Source: Candidatus Micrarchaeota archaeon
Lineage (GTDB): Archaea; B1Sed10-29; B47-G15
Length of the DNA: 64,000 nt
NCBI GenBank assembly: GCA_003660975.1
Contig: QMVG01000002.1
Coordinates: 32,001-96,000 of the forward strand
Reading direction: 5' to 3'
Part shown: positions 8,898 through 19,229 of the stretch, in pieces
How the letters are laid out: each line of letters begins with the position of its first letter
How positions within the stretch are numbered: the stretch's first letter is position 1
The notes under the pieces: generated by a model
The model's database searches: none
Told to the model about the DNA's origin: nothing
What the model saw: only the letters and a program-made list of their open reading frames with translations
Made by a program: the position numbers and the translations under genes

Positions 8898-10075
8898 AGC
8901 AGATAATATATCTTCTCTTGGACGGTCTCGGTGATTATTCTTATGCAGAGTTAGGCATAAAAACACCCTTAGAATATGCTAACACTCCCTTCTTTGACTC
9001 TCTTGCCTCAGGAGGAAAAGAGGGGCTTATAGTACCAACAGGTCTTGGAAGGGAAATCTTGATGGAAAACGCCTCTCTCATGCTTTTCAGCGATCTTGGT
9101 TATGACTTGAGGACCTTTCCTCATGCAAGAGGCATTATTGAGGCTGTTGGCCATGGCTTTGATGTTAAAGATGGTGAGCTGTGGGCAAGAACTAATTTTG
9201 CTACTGTTGATGAGAATTGGGTATTGATAGACCTTAGGGCAGGTAGAATCTCCCAGACAGAGGAACTGGTAAAGGCAGTGAACGAAATCCAAATGGATGT
9301 GGAGTTTCATTTCTATGGCACTCAGGTATATAGGGGCCTCCTTGTTTTTAGGGATGACAAAGCGCTGTCTGATGAAATAACAGGCGTTGACCCGCACATG
9401 CCCGGGAAGAAAGTAATGATGGCAAAGGCTTTGAAGCCAGAAGCAAAGCGCTCAGCTGAACTGATAAATGATTTTATGAAAAAGGCTTATGAGGTGTTAA
9501 AGCAGCATCCAATTAACATTGAACGAAGAGAGATGGGCTTGCCTGAAGCCAACTTTATTCTGCCAAGGGGAATTGGTTCAAAACTTCCCCACTTACAGCC
9601 TTTTGAGGAAAGGCATAACTTAAAGGCGGTCTCAATTACTGGCATAAATGTCAATAAGGGCATATCTAAGTTATTGGGGATACCTATATGGGAAGTGCCT
9701 GAAGAAATAGGAGAAAAGGAATATGAAGTTAAAAGAGAGCCTATTCTAAAAGCCATTGACCAAGGCTATGATTTTATATCAGTACATGTGAAGCCAACAG
9801 ATGACGCTGGTCACGATGGCGATGTGCATAAAAAGGTTAGGGAGATTGAAAGGGCAGACGCTTTCTTCTCTTCCTTAGAGCTTGATGATGTGCTGTGGGC
9901 GATATACGCAGACCACTGCACTCCTTGTTTCATAAAGGCACATTCTAATGACCTAATACCCTCTTTGATATCTTCTAAAAAAGCATCTGGGAGGCAGTTT
10001 GCCGAGAAATATTGTACTGATTATACAGTTCAAGCATACGATTTTATCAAACTCGCTTTAAAGGAAGCGCGTTAG
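8894..10075 (+). CDS. apgM: Cofactor-independent phosphoglycerate mutase family (archaeal ApgM-like)
   Basis: DGLGD, KTPLEYANTP, RAGRI, HVKPTDDAGHDG, ADHCTP, HSND metal-ligand motifs. Confidence 0.85.
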   Translation: MKQIIYLLLDGLGDYSYAELGIKTPLEYANTPFFDSLASGGKEGLIVPTGLGREILMENASLMLFSDLGYDLRTFPHARGIIEAVGHGFDVKDGELWARTNFATVDENWVLIDLRAGRISQTEELVKAVNEIQMDVEFHFYGTQVYRGLLVFRDDKALSDEITGVDPHMPGKKVMMAKALKPEAKRSAELINDFMKKAYEVLKQHPINIERREMGLPEANFILPRGIGSKLPHLQPFEERHNLKAVSITGINVNKGISKLLGIPIWEVPEEIGEKEYEVKREPILKAIDQGYDFISVHVKPTDDAGHDGDVHKKVREIERADAFFSSLELDDVLWAIYADHCTPCFIKAHSNDLIPSLISSKKASGRQFAEKYCTDYTVQAYDFIKLALKEAR

Positions 10076-11826
10076 ACTGAGTAATAATATCTACCTGATT
10101 TTCTTTGTTCTATATCCTTCTGGGAGCCTTTTTTGTTTATCCTTGGCCTGCCAGTGCTCGGGTCTCTTCTGAATGTAATCTCCATCATCTTGAGGAAGTC
10201 ATTCATGCCTTCTTCCATTGCTTTTGCTCTTTTCGCTCTTCCGTATCGCCCAGGCTTTCCCTCAAAATTTATAATCCTGTTTGAAACAGCATCTATGAAG
10301 ATTATGTCATGGTCTATAACCATCGTCGCTTCTTCCTTCTTTTCACTTACCCTTTTTATCAGCTCTGCCAATCTCAGGCGTTGCTCTATATCTAGGAAGG
10401 CGCTAGGCTCGTCTAATAGACAAAGGTCTGCGCGCTTAGCCAGCGTTAAGGTTATTGCCAACCTTTGCAGTTCGCCTCCAGACAGGTTTTCCAATTCCTT
10501 CTCCATTAAATCTTCAACAGTGTTCCTCATCAAACTGTTGAACAGCTCCATGTCAATATCTTGATTTCTTATAAAGTCCATAACCTTCACGTGTCCGCTC
10601 GCTTTCACATACTGAGGCTTATACGCTATCCTTAATTTTAACCCTGGCTCTCCCTCTGTAGTTTTTTCAATGCCAGCAAGCACTTTAAAGAAGGTTGACT
10701 TTCCAATTGCATTAGGTCCTAATATGCCTATGCACTCTCCTCTTTTGATTTCGCCCCCTTCTACCTCCAAAGTAAAACCAGGATAATCTTTCCTAAAAGC
10801 ACCATATTCAAACATCTCTTTATTTTTCCACTCCTCCGCAGGAGGCCTTGGAGGGAAGCTAATGCTGTAATCCCTTATCCTTATGTTCTCTGCCTTCAAA
10901 AAGCCGTCCAAGAACTCGTTTATGCCTGCCCTTGATGTTTTTAATCCAGAAACAACACCATACACTCCAGGTTCACCAAACAGTATATGCACATAGTCTG
11001 TCAAATAGTCAAGTATTGCCAGATCATGTTCAACAATAAATACTGTTTTGTCTTCGCCTAACCTCCTTAAAAGCTTCGCGACCTTTATTCTTTGTCTTAC
11101 ATCTAGATAAGAGCTTGGCTCATCAAAAAAGTAATAATCGGCCTCCTTCATCATAGTAATCGCTATAGCCAGCCTCTGTAGTTCTCCACCACTGAGCTCT
11201 GAGACCTTTCTTTTCCTCGCCTCTTCCAACTCAAACAACGATATGTACTCATCTAAGACTCCTTTTTCATCTGCAACTTTTAAGACATCCCCCACAACTT
11301 TGTCTCTCCTGCCCTCAAAAAAGGCATCTATATCCTGTGGCTTGTAAGATAACTTAGCTTTTTTCTCACTTAGCGCTTTCAAGTAACCATGAATCTCATG
11401 GCCTTTTAGCTCTGCCAGAATCTCGTCCCATGAAGGAGCATTGTCATGGTGGCCTAAATTTGGTTTTATTTCTCCTGCCAGTATCCTCACAAGCGTGCTC
11501 TTTCCAATACTGTTTCTACCTACGATCCCTATGACAGCCTTTTTCGGTGAAGGCAGATTATACAACCTAAAGCTATTCTTTCCGTATTGGTGGATTATCT
11601 GTCCCAGCTCTTCTGCTGTGTTTATTATCTTTATAGCTTTGTAGGGGCATTTCTTAGGACATATGCCACAGCCAGTGCATAACAGTTCATTTATTATTGG
11701 GTATCCATCCTCCCCCTGCACTATGGTTTCATCGCCCATTCTTACGCCAGGACATACAGAAATACAAATATAGCCACATTTCTTCGGAGAACATTTTTCC
11801 CTGTCAATCACAGCAATCCTGACCAT
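10072..11826 (-). CDS. rli1: Ribosome recycling ATPase ABCE1/Rli1
   Basis: N-terminal Fe-S domain (CTGCGICPKKCP), two ABC domains (LSGGELQR), C-terminal ITFRRDP..GRPRINK. Confidence 0.97.
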   Translation of the reverse strand: MVRIAVIDREKCSPKKCGYICISVCPGVRMGDETIVQGEDGYPIINELLCTGCGICPKKCPYKAIKIINTAEELGQIIHQYGKNSFRLYNLPSPKKAVIGIVGRNSIGKSTLVRILAGEIKPNLGHHDNAPSWDEILAELKGHEIHGYLKALSEKKAKLSYKPQDIDAFFEGRRDKVVGDVLKVADEKGVLDEYISLFELEEARKRKVSELSGGELQRLAIAITMMKEADYYFFDEPSSYLDVRQRIKVAKLLRRLGEDKTVFIVEHDLAILDYLTDYVHILFGEPGVYGVVSGLKTSRAGINEFLDGFLKAENIRIRDYSISFPPRPPAEEWKNKEMFEYGAFRKDYPGFTLEVEGGEIKRGECIGILGPNAIGKSTFFKVLAGIEKTTEGEPGLKLRIAYKPQYVKASGHVKVMDFIRNQDIDMELFNSLMRNTVEDLMEKELENLSGGELQRLAITLTLAKRADLCLLDEPSAFLDIEQRLRLAELIKRVSEKKEEATMVIDHDIIFIDAVSNRIINFEGKPGRYGRAKRAKAMEEGMNDFLKMMEITFRRDPSTGRPRINKKGSQKDIEQRKSGRYYYSV

Positions 11827-11877
11827 AGTACCACATAGATAACATTAAGCAAAAACAGAAAAAGAGAGAAAATTGGA

Positions 11878-12078
11878 TTAAAGCACGAGCAACATTATGC
11901 CTATCAATATCATAATTACTGCCAGAATTAATATACCGCCCTCAATTGCCGTTACTACGGCGTTTATAAGTCCCTCCAGTGTCCATACACCGTTGCTCAT
12001 GAAGCCGAAGTGGAGCATTGCCACTAACAATATTAAGCCAACAACAAGCGAAGCCACGCCGAACTTGTCCACCTTCAT
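11878..12078 (-). CDS. Small two-TM membrane protein
   Basis: MKVDKFGVASLVVG...; GGTGGTGA SD upstream; fills the gap between rli1 and pelota. Confidence 0.7.
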   Translation of the reverse strand: MKVDKFGVASLVVGLILLVAMLHFGFMSNGVWTLEGLINAVVTAIEGGILILAVIMILIGIMLLVL

Positions 12079-12139
12079 TGTTTTCACCACCTTTTTATAG
12101 AGAGAACTATATTTAAAAACGTTTTCATATAATAAAGCC

Positions 12140-13165
12140 ATGCTCATACTGTACAGGAAGGATAATCAGATTAAACTTAGGGTTCAAAGCTTGGAAGACC
12201 TCTGGCATTTGGAAAAGATAATCAGAAAGGGGGACAGGGTCTCCTCCCTTACTACAAGAAAATTCGTTGCAGATTCAGGAAGCCAGGAGAGAAAGAAGCT
12301 TTTTATCAAGATAGCAGTAGAGAAGCTCAGCTTTCACAGAGACATGTCAAAGCTGCGTATTTTGGGAAGCATAGTTGAAGCACGCCCAGAGGAGTTAGCC
12401 CAAATAGGGCAGCACCACAGTATTGATATTGGTGTTGGCGATGAGCTAACAGTAGAAAAGGACAGATGGACCAATTACGAGCTTGCAAGATTGAGGGAAG
12501 CTGAAAAACATGGCAAAAGAGAAAAGTTATCCGTGCTAACGATAGATGACTCATCAGCGCAACTTTTCCACATCTTAGGTTATGGCTTAAAAGAAGCTGG
12601 GGAAGTTCATGCTAGAGGGCTGCGAAAATACAGGCAGGTTTCGGATAAGGCGAGGCAAGATTACTACAACGATATCTATCAGCTGATTTCCTCTGTTGAT
12701 AAGTTAATAATAACTGGCCCTGGCTTTGAGAAAGACAGATTCAGGAAGTATCTAGAAGAAAAAGGAAAGGCAACAAAAATTATGTTCGAGAAAAGCAGTT
12801 CTACTGGCAAATCAGCTGTTGCTGAGCTGATAAACAAGGGAGTCATAGACAAAATTATGCGTGATTCCAGGCTGGTAAAAGAAAATAAGGCGGTTGAAGA
12901 GTTTGTTTCTTCGTTGGCCAAGGGCAGAGCAATATACGGGGAGAAAGAAGTTATAAATGCCTTAAAGTCAGGAGCTGTTGCGAAATTGCTTATTCTTGAT
13001 GAGCTACTTTTTACTCACAGGGAAAAGATAGATATGCTGTCTGAATTAGCTTCCAGAACAGGGACTGAACTGCTGTTTATAAGCCGTGAGAACGAGGCAT
13101 CGGAGAAAGTGAAGGCATTTGGCGGAATTGTCGGGATTTTGCGCTTTTCCCTAAGTAAATCATAA
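12140..13165 (+). CDS. pelA: mRNA surveillance protein Pelota
   Basis: SLEDLWHL, LRILGSI, IGQHHSI, TGPGFEK, AIYG, FGGIVGILRF. Confidence 0.95.
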   Translation: MLILYRKDNQIKLRVQSLEDLWHLEKIIRKGDRVSSLTTRKFVADSGSQERKKLFIKIAVEKLSFHRDMSKLRILGSIVEARPEELAQIGQHHSIDIGVGDELTVEKDRWTNYELARLREAEKHGKREKLSVLTIDDSSAQLFHILGYGLKEAGEVHARGLRKYRQVSDKARQDYYNDIYQLISSVDKLIITGPGFEKDRFRKYLEEKGKATKIMFEKSSSTGKSAVAELINKGVIDKIMRDSRLVKENKAVEEFVSSLAKGRAIYGEKEVINALKSGAVAKLLILDELLFTHREKIDMLSELASRTGTELLFISRENEASEKVKAFGGIVGILRFSLSKS

Positions 13166-13188
13166 ATAGTTTGTAAATCTTCAAAACT

Positions 13189-15063
13189 ATGGTTGTTATG
13201 AAAAAGAAAGCCTTGTTGATTCTTTTGATTTTTAGCCCAGTTGTAAACGCCATCGCGCTTAATATAGTCCCACAAGTGTTAAACAATACCATAGGCAATG
13301 TTTCTTTGGTTTTCTTCAACGATGAGAATATCAGCATATCGCAGTTATACTTCAATTCAAGTGACATAGCGATATCATCAGTGTCCGAAGACAATTGTTT
13401 GCTTTCAACATTTTCATTTAACTGTGATATTGATGTAAAGCCGTCTTCCCAACATTCTCTTTCTTTCACTTACATGGCGAATGCAGGCCAACACAATGCG
13501 AGCATAACCCTTGAAGACCTGTCTTCAAGGCGATTTGTTTTTAATAAATCCATAGTCGTTGACTTGGATAGACCAATTATGGCCAAGGTAGAAGTTGAAT
13601 ATCCCCCTGGCTACTTGGCTGCAAAAACAGGAACAGTTGTTATATTAAAAGCTTTCGTGGTTGATGCGACGAGTTATGTAAAAAAGGTAGTGGTTGATGC
13701 CGCTCCCATAGGCTGCGGCGAGCTTCAGTTGAGCAAGGGAGTTAGTTATTGGTCAGGCATTTGTAAGGTGGAGGCTAAGGATGGGGTTAAAATTCTGAAA
13801 GCAATTGCTTACGATGCCGCAGGAAATAAAGAAGAAAAGAACTTTCAAGTGATAATAGACAACAGTCCTTCAAAGATAAACTTAATTCACTTCAAGCAAG
13901 CTTCACGGATAGGCGAGACAGTTACATTTACATTTAATTTAAGCGAGAAGGGCACAAGCATTAAAGATGTTGTGATTGACATGTCTGAGCTGGGCTGCCC
14001 TGTCAAGCACCTTGAAGCAAGCGATGCTGTCTATTCCAGTTCATGCACTGTGGTTTCAGGAGAAGGCCATTATAATATTAGCATAGATGCTTATGATTAC
14101 GCCGGCAATGTGGAGAGAAAGCTTATAGATTTCTTCGTTGACAATCATCCTCCACAAATAAATAGTGTAGAGCTTAAGTATACAGGAAAGCAAAAGGCTG
14201 CAAAACAAGGAGACACTATTCACATCTTAGTTAACGCCAATGATTCTCTAAGTGGTGTTTCAAAGGTAATTCTACAGCAAAACAGCGTTTGTAGTGCTAA
14301 CTTCTCATATGAAAAAGGAGTGTGGGAAGGGCTTTGCACAGTTGAGGAAAAAAAGAGTGGCAATTACAAAATCATGCTTTTGGCTTATGACCAAGCAGGC
14401 AATGTCGTTAATGAGAGTATCAATATATCAATAGACAATGACGTTCCAGAAAGCCTTGAAATAGAGATGTTCAATAGCACACATCCCATTAACAATTTGA
14501 AGAACGGAGACATACTGTCCTTTGTTATCTCTGCTTATGACAGTCAGTCAGGCATTCAGTCAGTAAGGGTTTATGGTCAGGGAACTGGTTGCGATGCTAC
14601 TTTAAACTATGCTAACGGCTATTGGAGCGGCTTCTGCAAGGTTCACAGGGCTTCTATGGGGCCTGCCTCCATTGCAATTATAGCATATGATTACGCCAAT
14701 AACAGCATTTCACACAGCATTGACATCAACATAAATGACAGCTTCTGCGACAAAATCTGTGACATTGGATACAGATTAAACTACAGCACCTGCACTTGTG
14801 AAAAAATGGCATGTAACAAGATATGCCCTCGCGGCTTCAATCTTAACAGGGAGTCATGCACCTGCGAGGCTCCAAAGGTTTGCAATAAAAAATGCAAAGA
14901 AGGGGAAAAATTGAACACTCAAGATTGCGTTTGCGAAAAAGTTAAGGCAGAGGAAACAGATTATACATGGGTTTTGTATCTGGGGGTCATAGTTGTTTTG
15001 CTTGTTCCATTAACCTTTGCGTTGAACTCAAAAATGATAAATTCCTTGAAAAAATACGACTAA
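13189..15063 (+). CDS. Cell-surface protein: signal peptide, four Ig-like repeats, three Cys-rich repeats, C-terminal TM anchor
   Basis: Repeats end AYDAAGN, AYDYAGN, AYDQAGN, AYDYANN; C-x3-C-x2-G-x2-LN-x3-CxC occurs three times; many NxS/T sequons. Confidence 0.8.
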   Translation: MVVMKKKALLILLIFSPVVNAIALNIVPQVLNNTIGNVSLVFFNDENISISQLYFNSSDIAISSVSEDNCLLSTFSFNCDIDVKPSSQHSLSFTYMANAGQHNASITLEDLSSRRFVFNKSIVVDLDRPIMAKVEVEYPPGYLAAKTGTVVILKAFVVDATSYVKKVVVDAAPIGCGELQLSKGVSYWSGICKVEAKDGVKILKAIAYDAAGNKEEKNFQVIIDNSPSKINLIHFKQASRIGETVTFTFNLSEKGTSIKDVVIDMSELGCPVKHLEASDAVYSSSCTVVSGEGHYNISIDAYDYAGNVERKLIDFFVDNHPPQINSVELKYTGKQKAAKQGDTIHILVNANDSLSGVSKVILQQNSVCSANFSYEKGVWEGLCTVEEKKSGNYKIMLLAYDQAGNVVNESINISIDNDVPESLEIEMFNSTHPINNLKNGDILSFVISAYDSQSGIQSVRVYGQGTGCDATLNYANGYWSGFCKVHRASMGPASIAIIAYDYANNSISHSIDININDSFCDKICDIGYRLNYSTCTCEKMACNKICPRGFNLNRESCTCEAPKVCNKKCKEGEKLNTQDCVCEKVKAEETDYTWVLYLGVIVVLLVPLTFALNSKMINSLKKYD

Positions 15064-16019
15064 TGCCTAGAGCTTAAAACAAGATAAGCCAAAAATGCCT
15101 CCATTTGTATTCTCTCATTTGCGCCCTCACTTATTCTAAAATTATATTCTCCCAATTTATCTATAATTCTCAGCTTTGTCTCTGCATCTATTTCCATGGC
15201 ATTTATTTCTGAGTAGATCTGAGCCATCACGTCCTCACCGCTCATTCCATACTCATACAGCAAAATGTCTAATTGCTTTCTTGCCTCTTCAAACTTTCCT
15301 TTGATGGCCTCACTAAGCATCTTCTTGATTTCCTCTGGTTTGGCTCTCGTAGCCACTTTATATATCTCTGCCTCTGTGATTTTTTTAGCTGTTGTGCTAG
15401 CTGTCTGCAGGAAGTTTATCGCCTTTCTCATATCTCCCTCTGAGACATAAACCAAAGCTTCATATGCTTTTTTGTCCACATGTAGTTTTTCTTTTTCTGC
15501 TATATACTGCAGCCTTTTTATTATCTGCTCTTTGTTTAGTGGTTTGAACCTAAATACTGCACATCTGGATTGGATGGGCTCTATTATCTTTCCTGAGTAA
15601 TTGCATGACAAGATAAAACGAGTAGTGCCCGCAAATTTTTCCATAGTTCTTCTTAAAGCGTTTTGCGCGTCTTTTGTCAGGGCATCTGCTTCATCAAGGA
15701 AGATGATTTTAAAACCACTGCGACCATATGCAAGAGAACTGGCAAAGTCTTTTATCTTTCCTCTTATGATATCTATGCCTCTCTCGTCAGAAGCGTTTAA
15801 CTCTAAAAAGTTTCGCTTAAAGTCATCACCGAAAAGCTCCTTCCCAAGTGCCACTGCACACACGGTTTTGCCTATGCCTGGTGGACCAGCAAATAACATA
15901 TTCGGCATGTTTCTTTGCTTTACATATGCTTGCAGTCTCTCAACAATCCGTTCATGACCTACAACATCTGAAAGCCTGTTTGGTCTGTACTTTTCTGTCC
16001 AAGGCAGTTCGATTTCCAT
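15060..16019 (-). CDS. rfcS: Replication factor C small subunit
   Basis: PWTEKYRP, GPPGIGKT, ELNASDERG, DEAD, IQSRC. Confidence 0.97.
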   Translation of the reverse strand: MEIELPWTEKYRPNRLSDVVGHERIVERLQAYVKQRNMPNMLFAGPPGIGKTVCAVALGKELFGDDFKRNFLELNASDERGIDIIRGKIKDFASSLAYGRSGFKIIFLDEADALTKDAQNALRRTMEKFAGTTRFILSCNYSGKIIEPIQSRCAVFRFKPLNKEQIIKRLQYIAEKEKLHVDKKAYEALVYVSEGDMRKAINFLQTASTTAKKITEAEIYKVATRAKPEEIKKMLSEAIKGKFEEARKQLDILLYEYGMSGEDVMAQIYSEINAMEIDAETKLRIIDKLGEYNFRISEGANERIQMEAFLAYLVLSSRH

Positions 16020-16092
16020 GTTAAATAATATGCCAAGTGATTATTAAATATCTTTAGGGATAACTTTAAATAGGGCGCTTTAATAAAAGCTT

Positions 16093-16452
16093 ATGAGTGC
16101 TATGAAAGAATACATACATGTGGTAAGTACAGCTGAAGTGCCTGGCTATGAAATAATTGACATAAAGGGTCTTGTTTGGGGAACTACTGTTAGAGCTAAG
16201 TTTCTAGGAAAAGACCTGTTAGCTATTTTTCGCTCTCTTGTCGGCGGAGAGATAAAGGAGTATACTGATATGGTCAATATTGCAAGGAGGCAAGCAATAG
16301 AGAGAATGGTTGCCAATGCCAAGGCCTTAGGCGCAAATGCAGTCGTTAATGTTCACATTGGAAGCACATCACAGGTTCTACCTGGCACTGTGGAGCTTTT
16401 TGCTTATGGCACAGCCGTTGTTATAAGGCCTAAAAAGAAAAAGAGGAAGTAA
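16093..16452 (+). CDS. YbjQ/UPF0145 family protein
   Basis: VGGEIKEYT, AKALGANAVV, ELFAYGTAV. Confidence 0.9.
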   Translation: MSAMKEYIHVVSTAEVPGYEIIDIKGLVWGTTVRAKFLGKDLLAIFRSLVGGEIKEYTDMVNIARRQAIERMVANAKALGANAVVNVHIGSTSQVLPGTVELFAYGTAVVIRPKKKKRK

Positions 16453-16454
16453 CA

Positions 16455-16763
16455 ATGACAGTTGCAGAGATTAGCCTAAAACTTTTCGCTTTAATCTTTG
16501 GTTACTTATACCCAGATTTACTGCTTCTCTTTGGAGCAAAAAAGAAATTTGCGTTTTCTCTTATAAGTATTGCTCTACTTGCTTTTGTTATATTTGTAGC
16601 TTTTTTATTTGCACCTTTTCTCGCTTTTGGCCGTATGACTGCCTTACCAATACATGAATTTTATAAGCACGACATGTTTTGGATAGCTGTTTTTTCAGTC
16701 ATCGGTGGAGGCATTAGATTCATCCAGAACATTGTTTCAGAGAAATTTTTTAATAAGAAGTGA
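16455..16763 (+). CDS. Small membrane protein
   Basis: About 3 hydrophobic segments; tight operon spacing. Confidence 0.65.
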   Translation: MTVAEISLKLFALIFGYLYPDLLLLFGAKKKFAFSLISIALLAFVIFVAFLFAPFLAFGRMTALPIHEFYKHDMFWIAVFSVIGGGIRFIQNIVSEKFFNKK

Positions 16764-16769
16764 AATCAG

Positions 16770-17987
16770 ATGAATATCTTTCTAGACACATATGGCTGTG
16801 CCATAAACAAGGCAGATTCAAATATCATAAGAGCCATACTTGGAAAGCACAACTTCACTTCTCTGGAAAAGGCAGAAATCGTTATAGTTAACTCATGCGC
16901 TGTCAAAGCACAAACAGAGTCACGAGTGGCTGATGCTGTCAGGAAATACAAAAGATTAGGGAAGAGGGTTATTCTACTTGGTTGTTTGCCCCGTATCAAC
17001 CCAAAACTCAGCAGAAGCTTGGGCGTCGAAATTGTGGACTTAGACGACTATCACTTATTGCCTTATATTATAGATGGGGACAGAGCGCTTGAAGAAAAAG
17101 ACAGAATCAAATTGCCGATGTACGATGATTCTTCAGTAACAGGCATAATACCAATAGCAGAGGGCTGTTTGGGGAATTGCACTTATTGCGCAGTTAAAAA
17201 TGCAAGGGGAAGGCTAAGAAGCTATCCAGAGGACTGGATTGTCAAGAAGCTAAAACATTTAGTCAAAATCGGAAAAAAGCAGATTTTTATAACTGCTCAG
17301 GACACTGGTTGCTATGGCCTTGACATCAACAGCTCTCTCCCTGAACTGGTAAAAAAATTGCTGGAAGTAGAAGGAGAATTCCGTATCAGGATTGGAATGA
17401 TGAACCCACAATTTGCCAAAGAGATAAGCAAAGACTTACTGCCCTTATTTTCTGATAAAAGGTTGTACCGCTTTGTTCACATCCCACTGCAATCTGGCTC
17501 GAACAAAGTATTAAAAGATATGAAGAGAAGCTATACTGTTGAGGACTTTATGGAAACAGTCAAAAATTTTAGAAAAGTTAAAGACATGTCTATCGCAACA
17601 GATATGATAGTTGCGTATCCAACAGAAAGTGAAGGGGATTTTGAAGATTCGATGGAAGTTCTAAAAAAGACAAAACCAGATGTTACCAATATATCAAAGT
17701 TTTATCCAAGACCCATGACAGAAGCAGCCCGGCTTAAGCCTCTTCCAACGCAGATTCTCGCAGAACGCTCCTTGAAAATGTCAAAATTGTGTAGGCAAAT
17801 AAGCCTCGAGTCAAATTTGAACTATGTTGGCAGAGAATTAGAGTGCTTGGTCACTGGGAAGACAAAATATGGTCAGCTTAAAGGCAGGGCCATAAACTTC
17901 AAGCAAGTAGCTCTTCACAGCGGTAGACTGGGAGAATTTGTCAAAGTAAAAGTAAAGGGCGCGAGCCCCACGCTTTTGAAGGCATAA
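16770..17987 (+). CDS. tRNA t6A37 methylthiotransferase (archaeal MtaB/CDKAL1-type radical SAM)
   Basis: TYGCAIN, NSCAVK, GCL (UPF0004 domain); EGCLGNCTYC; RIGMMNP; C-terminal TRAM domain. Confidence 0.9.
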   Translation: MNIFLDTYGCAINKADSNIIRAILGKHNFTSLEKAEIVIVNSCAVKAQTESRVADAVRKYKRLGKRVILLGCLPRINPKLSRSLGVEIVDLDDYHLLPYIIDGDRALEEKDRIKLPMYDDSSVTGIIPIAEGCLGNCTYCAVKNARGRLRSYPEDWIVKKLKHLVKIGKKQIFITAQDTGCYGLDINSSLPELVKKLLEVEGEFRIRIGMMNPQFAKEISKDLLPLFSDKRLYRFVHIPLQSGSNKVLKDMKRSYTVEDFMETVKNFRKVKDMSIATDMIVAYPTESEGDFEDSMEVLKKTKPDVTNISKFYPRPMTEAARLKPLPTQILAERSLKMSKLCRQISLESNLNYVGRELECLVTGKTKYGQLKGRAINFKQVALHSGRLGEFVKVKVKGASPTLLKA

Positions 17988-18028
17988 CCCTCGTATATTT
18001 TATATAGAAGTTAAACCCTATTTTTATC

Positions 18029-18772
18029 ATGCAACTTGCATTAAAGAAGAGCATTAAAATGTATCTAGATTCATTCGGAATTATTGCAGGTTTTAGCATA
18101 TTTGCCCTTTGTTCTTTGATTCTAATTCCTCTAATTGCCAGCTATATTGATTTGGGCAGTGGTTTTATTAGGTACTCATCATTATACCTTGATATAAACA
18201 CGGTTCAAGCAACTGTTTTCCTCTTTGTCGGGATTATCTCCCTGCTTTTCATGGCTTTCTTTATGTCCTCAATTATTACAACCGTCAAATTAAAAGAGAC
18301 CCTGGACCACGTGGGCTTTACAAAAGTGCTTCATTCATTTTACTCTTATGTGCTACGTATATTCTCTTTGCTTGTGTTTTTGGGCATAGCAACAGCTGGC
18401 ATCGGAGTCCTATTTACATATCTTCAGCTTCCAAACGCAGCGCTCCAGTTAATAATATTTGCCATATGGCTGCCATTTATCTTTGTTCCACAAATTGTCA
18501 TTCTCGATGATTTCAGTATAACTAAGGCAATAAAGGATTCATTCAACTTTATAGTAAATAATCCCAAGCCGACTTTATTTTACTTTATTGTGGGATTCGC
18601 TTTGATGCTCATATTGGCAGTAATAGAAGTACTGCTGGGACACCTCTTCATATGGGAACATAAACTAATCACGATATTCTTGCTCTCATTGGGGGTTTTG
18701 CCTTTTATGTTGATATTCACAACCGAGCTATACCTAAGCAGGTATCCTCTCTCCCATACTAAGTCGGTTTAA
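18029..18772 (+). CDS. Polytopic membrane protein, unknown function
   Basis: About 6 TM segments; AIKDSFNFI motif; TATA-like TTTATATA about 25 nt upstream. Confidence 0.7.
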   Translation: MQLALKKSIKMYLDSFGIIAGFSIFALCSLILIPLIASYIDLGSGFIRYSSLYLDINTVQATVFLFVGIISLLFMAFFMSSIITTVKLKETLDHVGFTKVLHSFYSYVLRIFSLLVFLGIATAGIGVLFTYLQLPNAALQLIIFAIWLPFIFVPQIVILDDFSITKAIKDSFNFIVNNPKPTLFYFIVGFALMLILAVIEVLLGHLFIWEHKLITIFLLSLGVLPFMLIFTTELYLSRYPLSHTKSV

Positions 18773-18809
18773 GCAAATCTTTTTATATGCTGCCTACTTT
18801 TTAAGACTG

Positions 18810-19196
18810 ATGAGGAAGAGAGATACAGATTATTATCTCATTGTCTTAGCTATTCTTCTATTTTTGGGAGGCCTCTTGATGATGGCCTACGATTATAAGT
18901 TTTCTGCTTCTGCAGTAAGAAAATTCGAACAAAAGCTTCCACCGCAGGTTTCCTTTAATTATGGCCAGTGCGGAGAAGACCCCTTAACTTACTGTTTTGA
19001 GGGAGGGGCTTATGACCCTGATGGTGGAGACATCCTCTTTATGACGTGGGACCTTGGAGATGGCAGGATAGCCAGCTCGCTCTACAATCACATAGAGCAC
19101 CACTACAAAAAAGCAGGGACATACACTGTTACGCTTAGATGCATAGATGATGAAAATACCATGTCAAGCTATTCAAAGACAATCCATGTGGGCTGA
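18810..19196 (+). CDS. Membrane-anchored PKD-domain protein
   Basis: N-terminal TM; YDPDG...WDLGDG...HHYKKAGTYTVTL PKD signature. Confidence 0.85.
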   Translation: MRKRDTDYYLIVLAILLFLGGLLMMAYDYKFSASAVRKFEQKLPPQVSFNYGQCGEDPLTYCFEGGAYDPDGGDILFMTWDLGDGRIASSLYNHIEHHYKKAGTYTVTLRCIDDENTMSSYSKTIHVG

Positions 19197-19229
19197 CTTT
19201 TTATACTTGATATTCCAATAAGATAAAGC

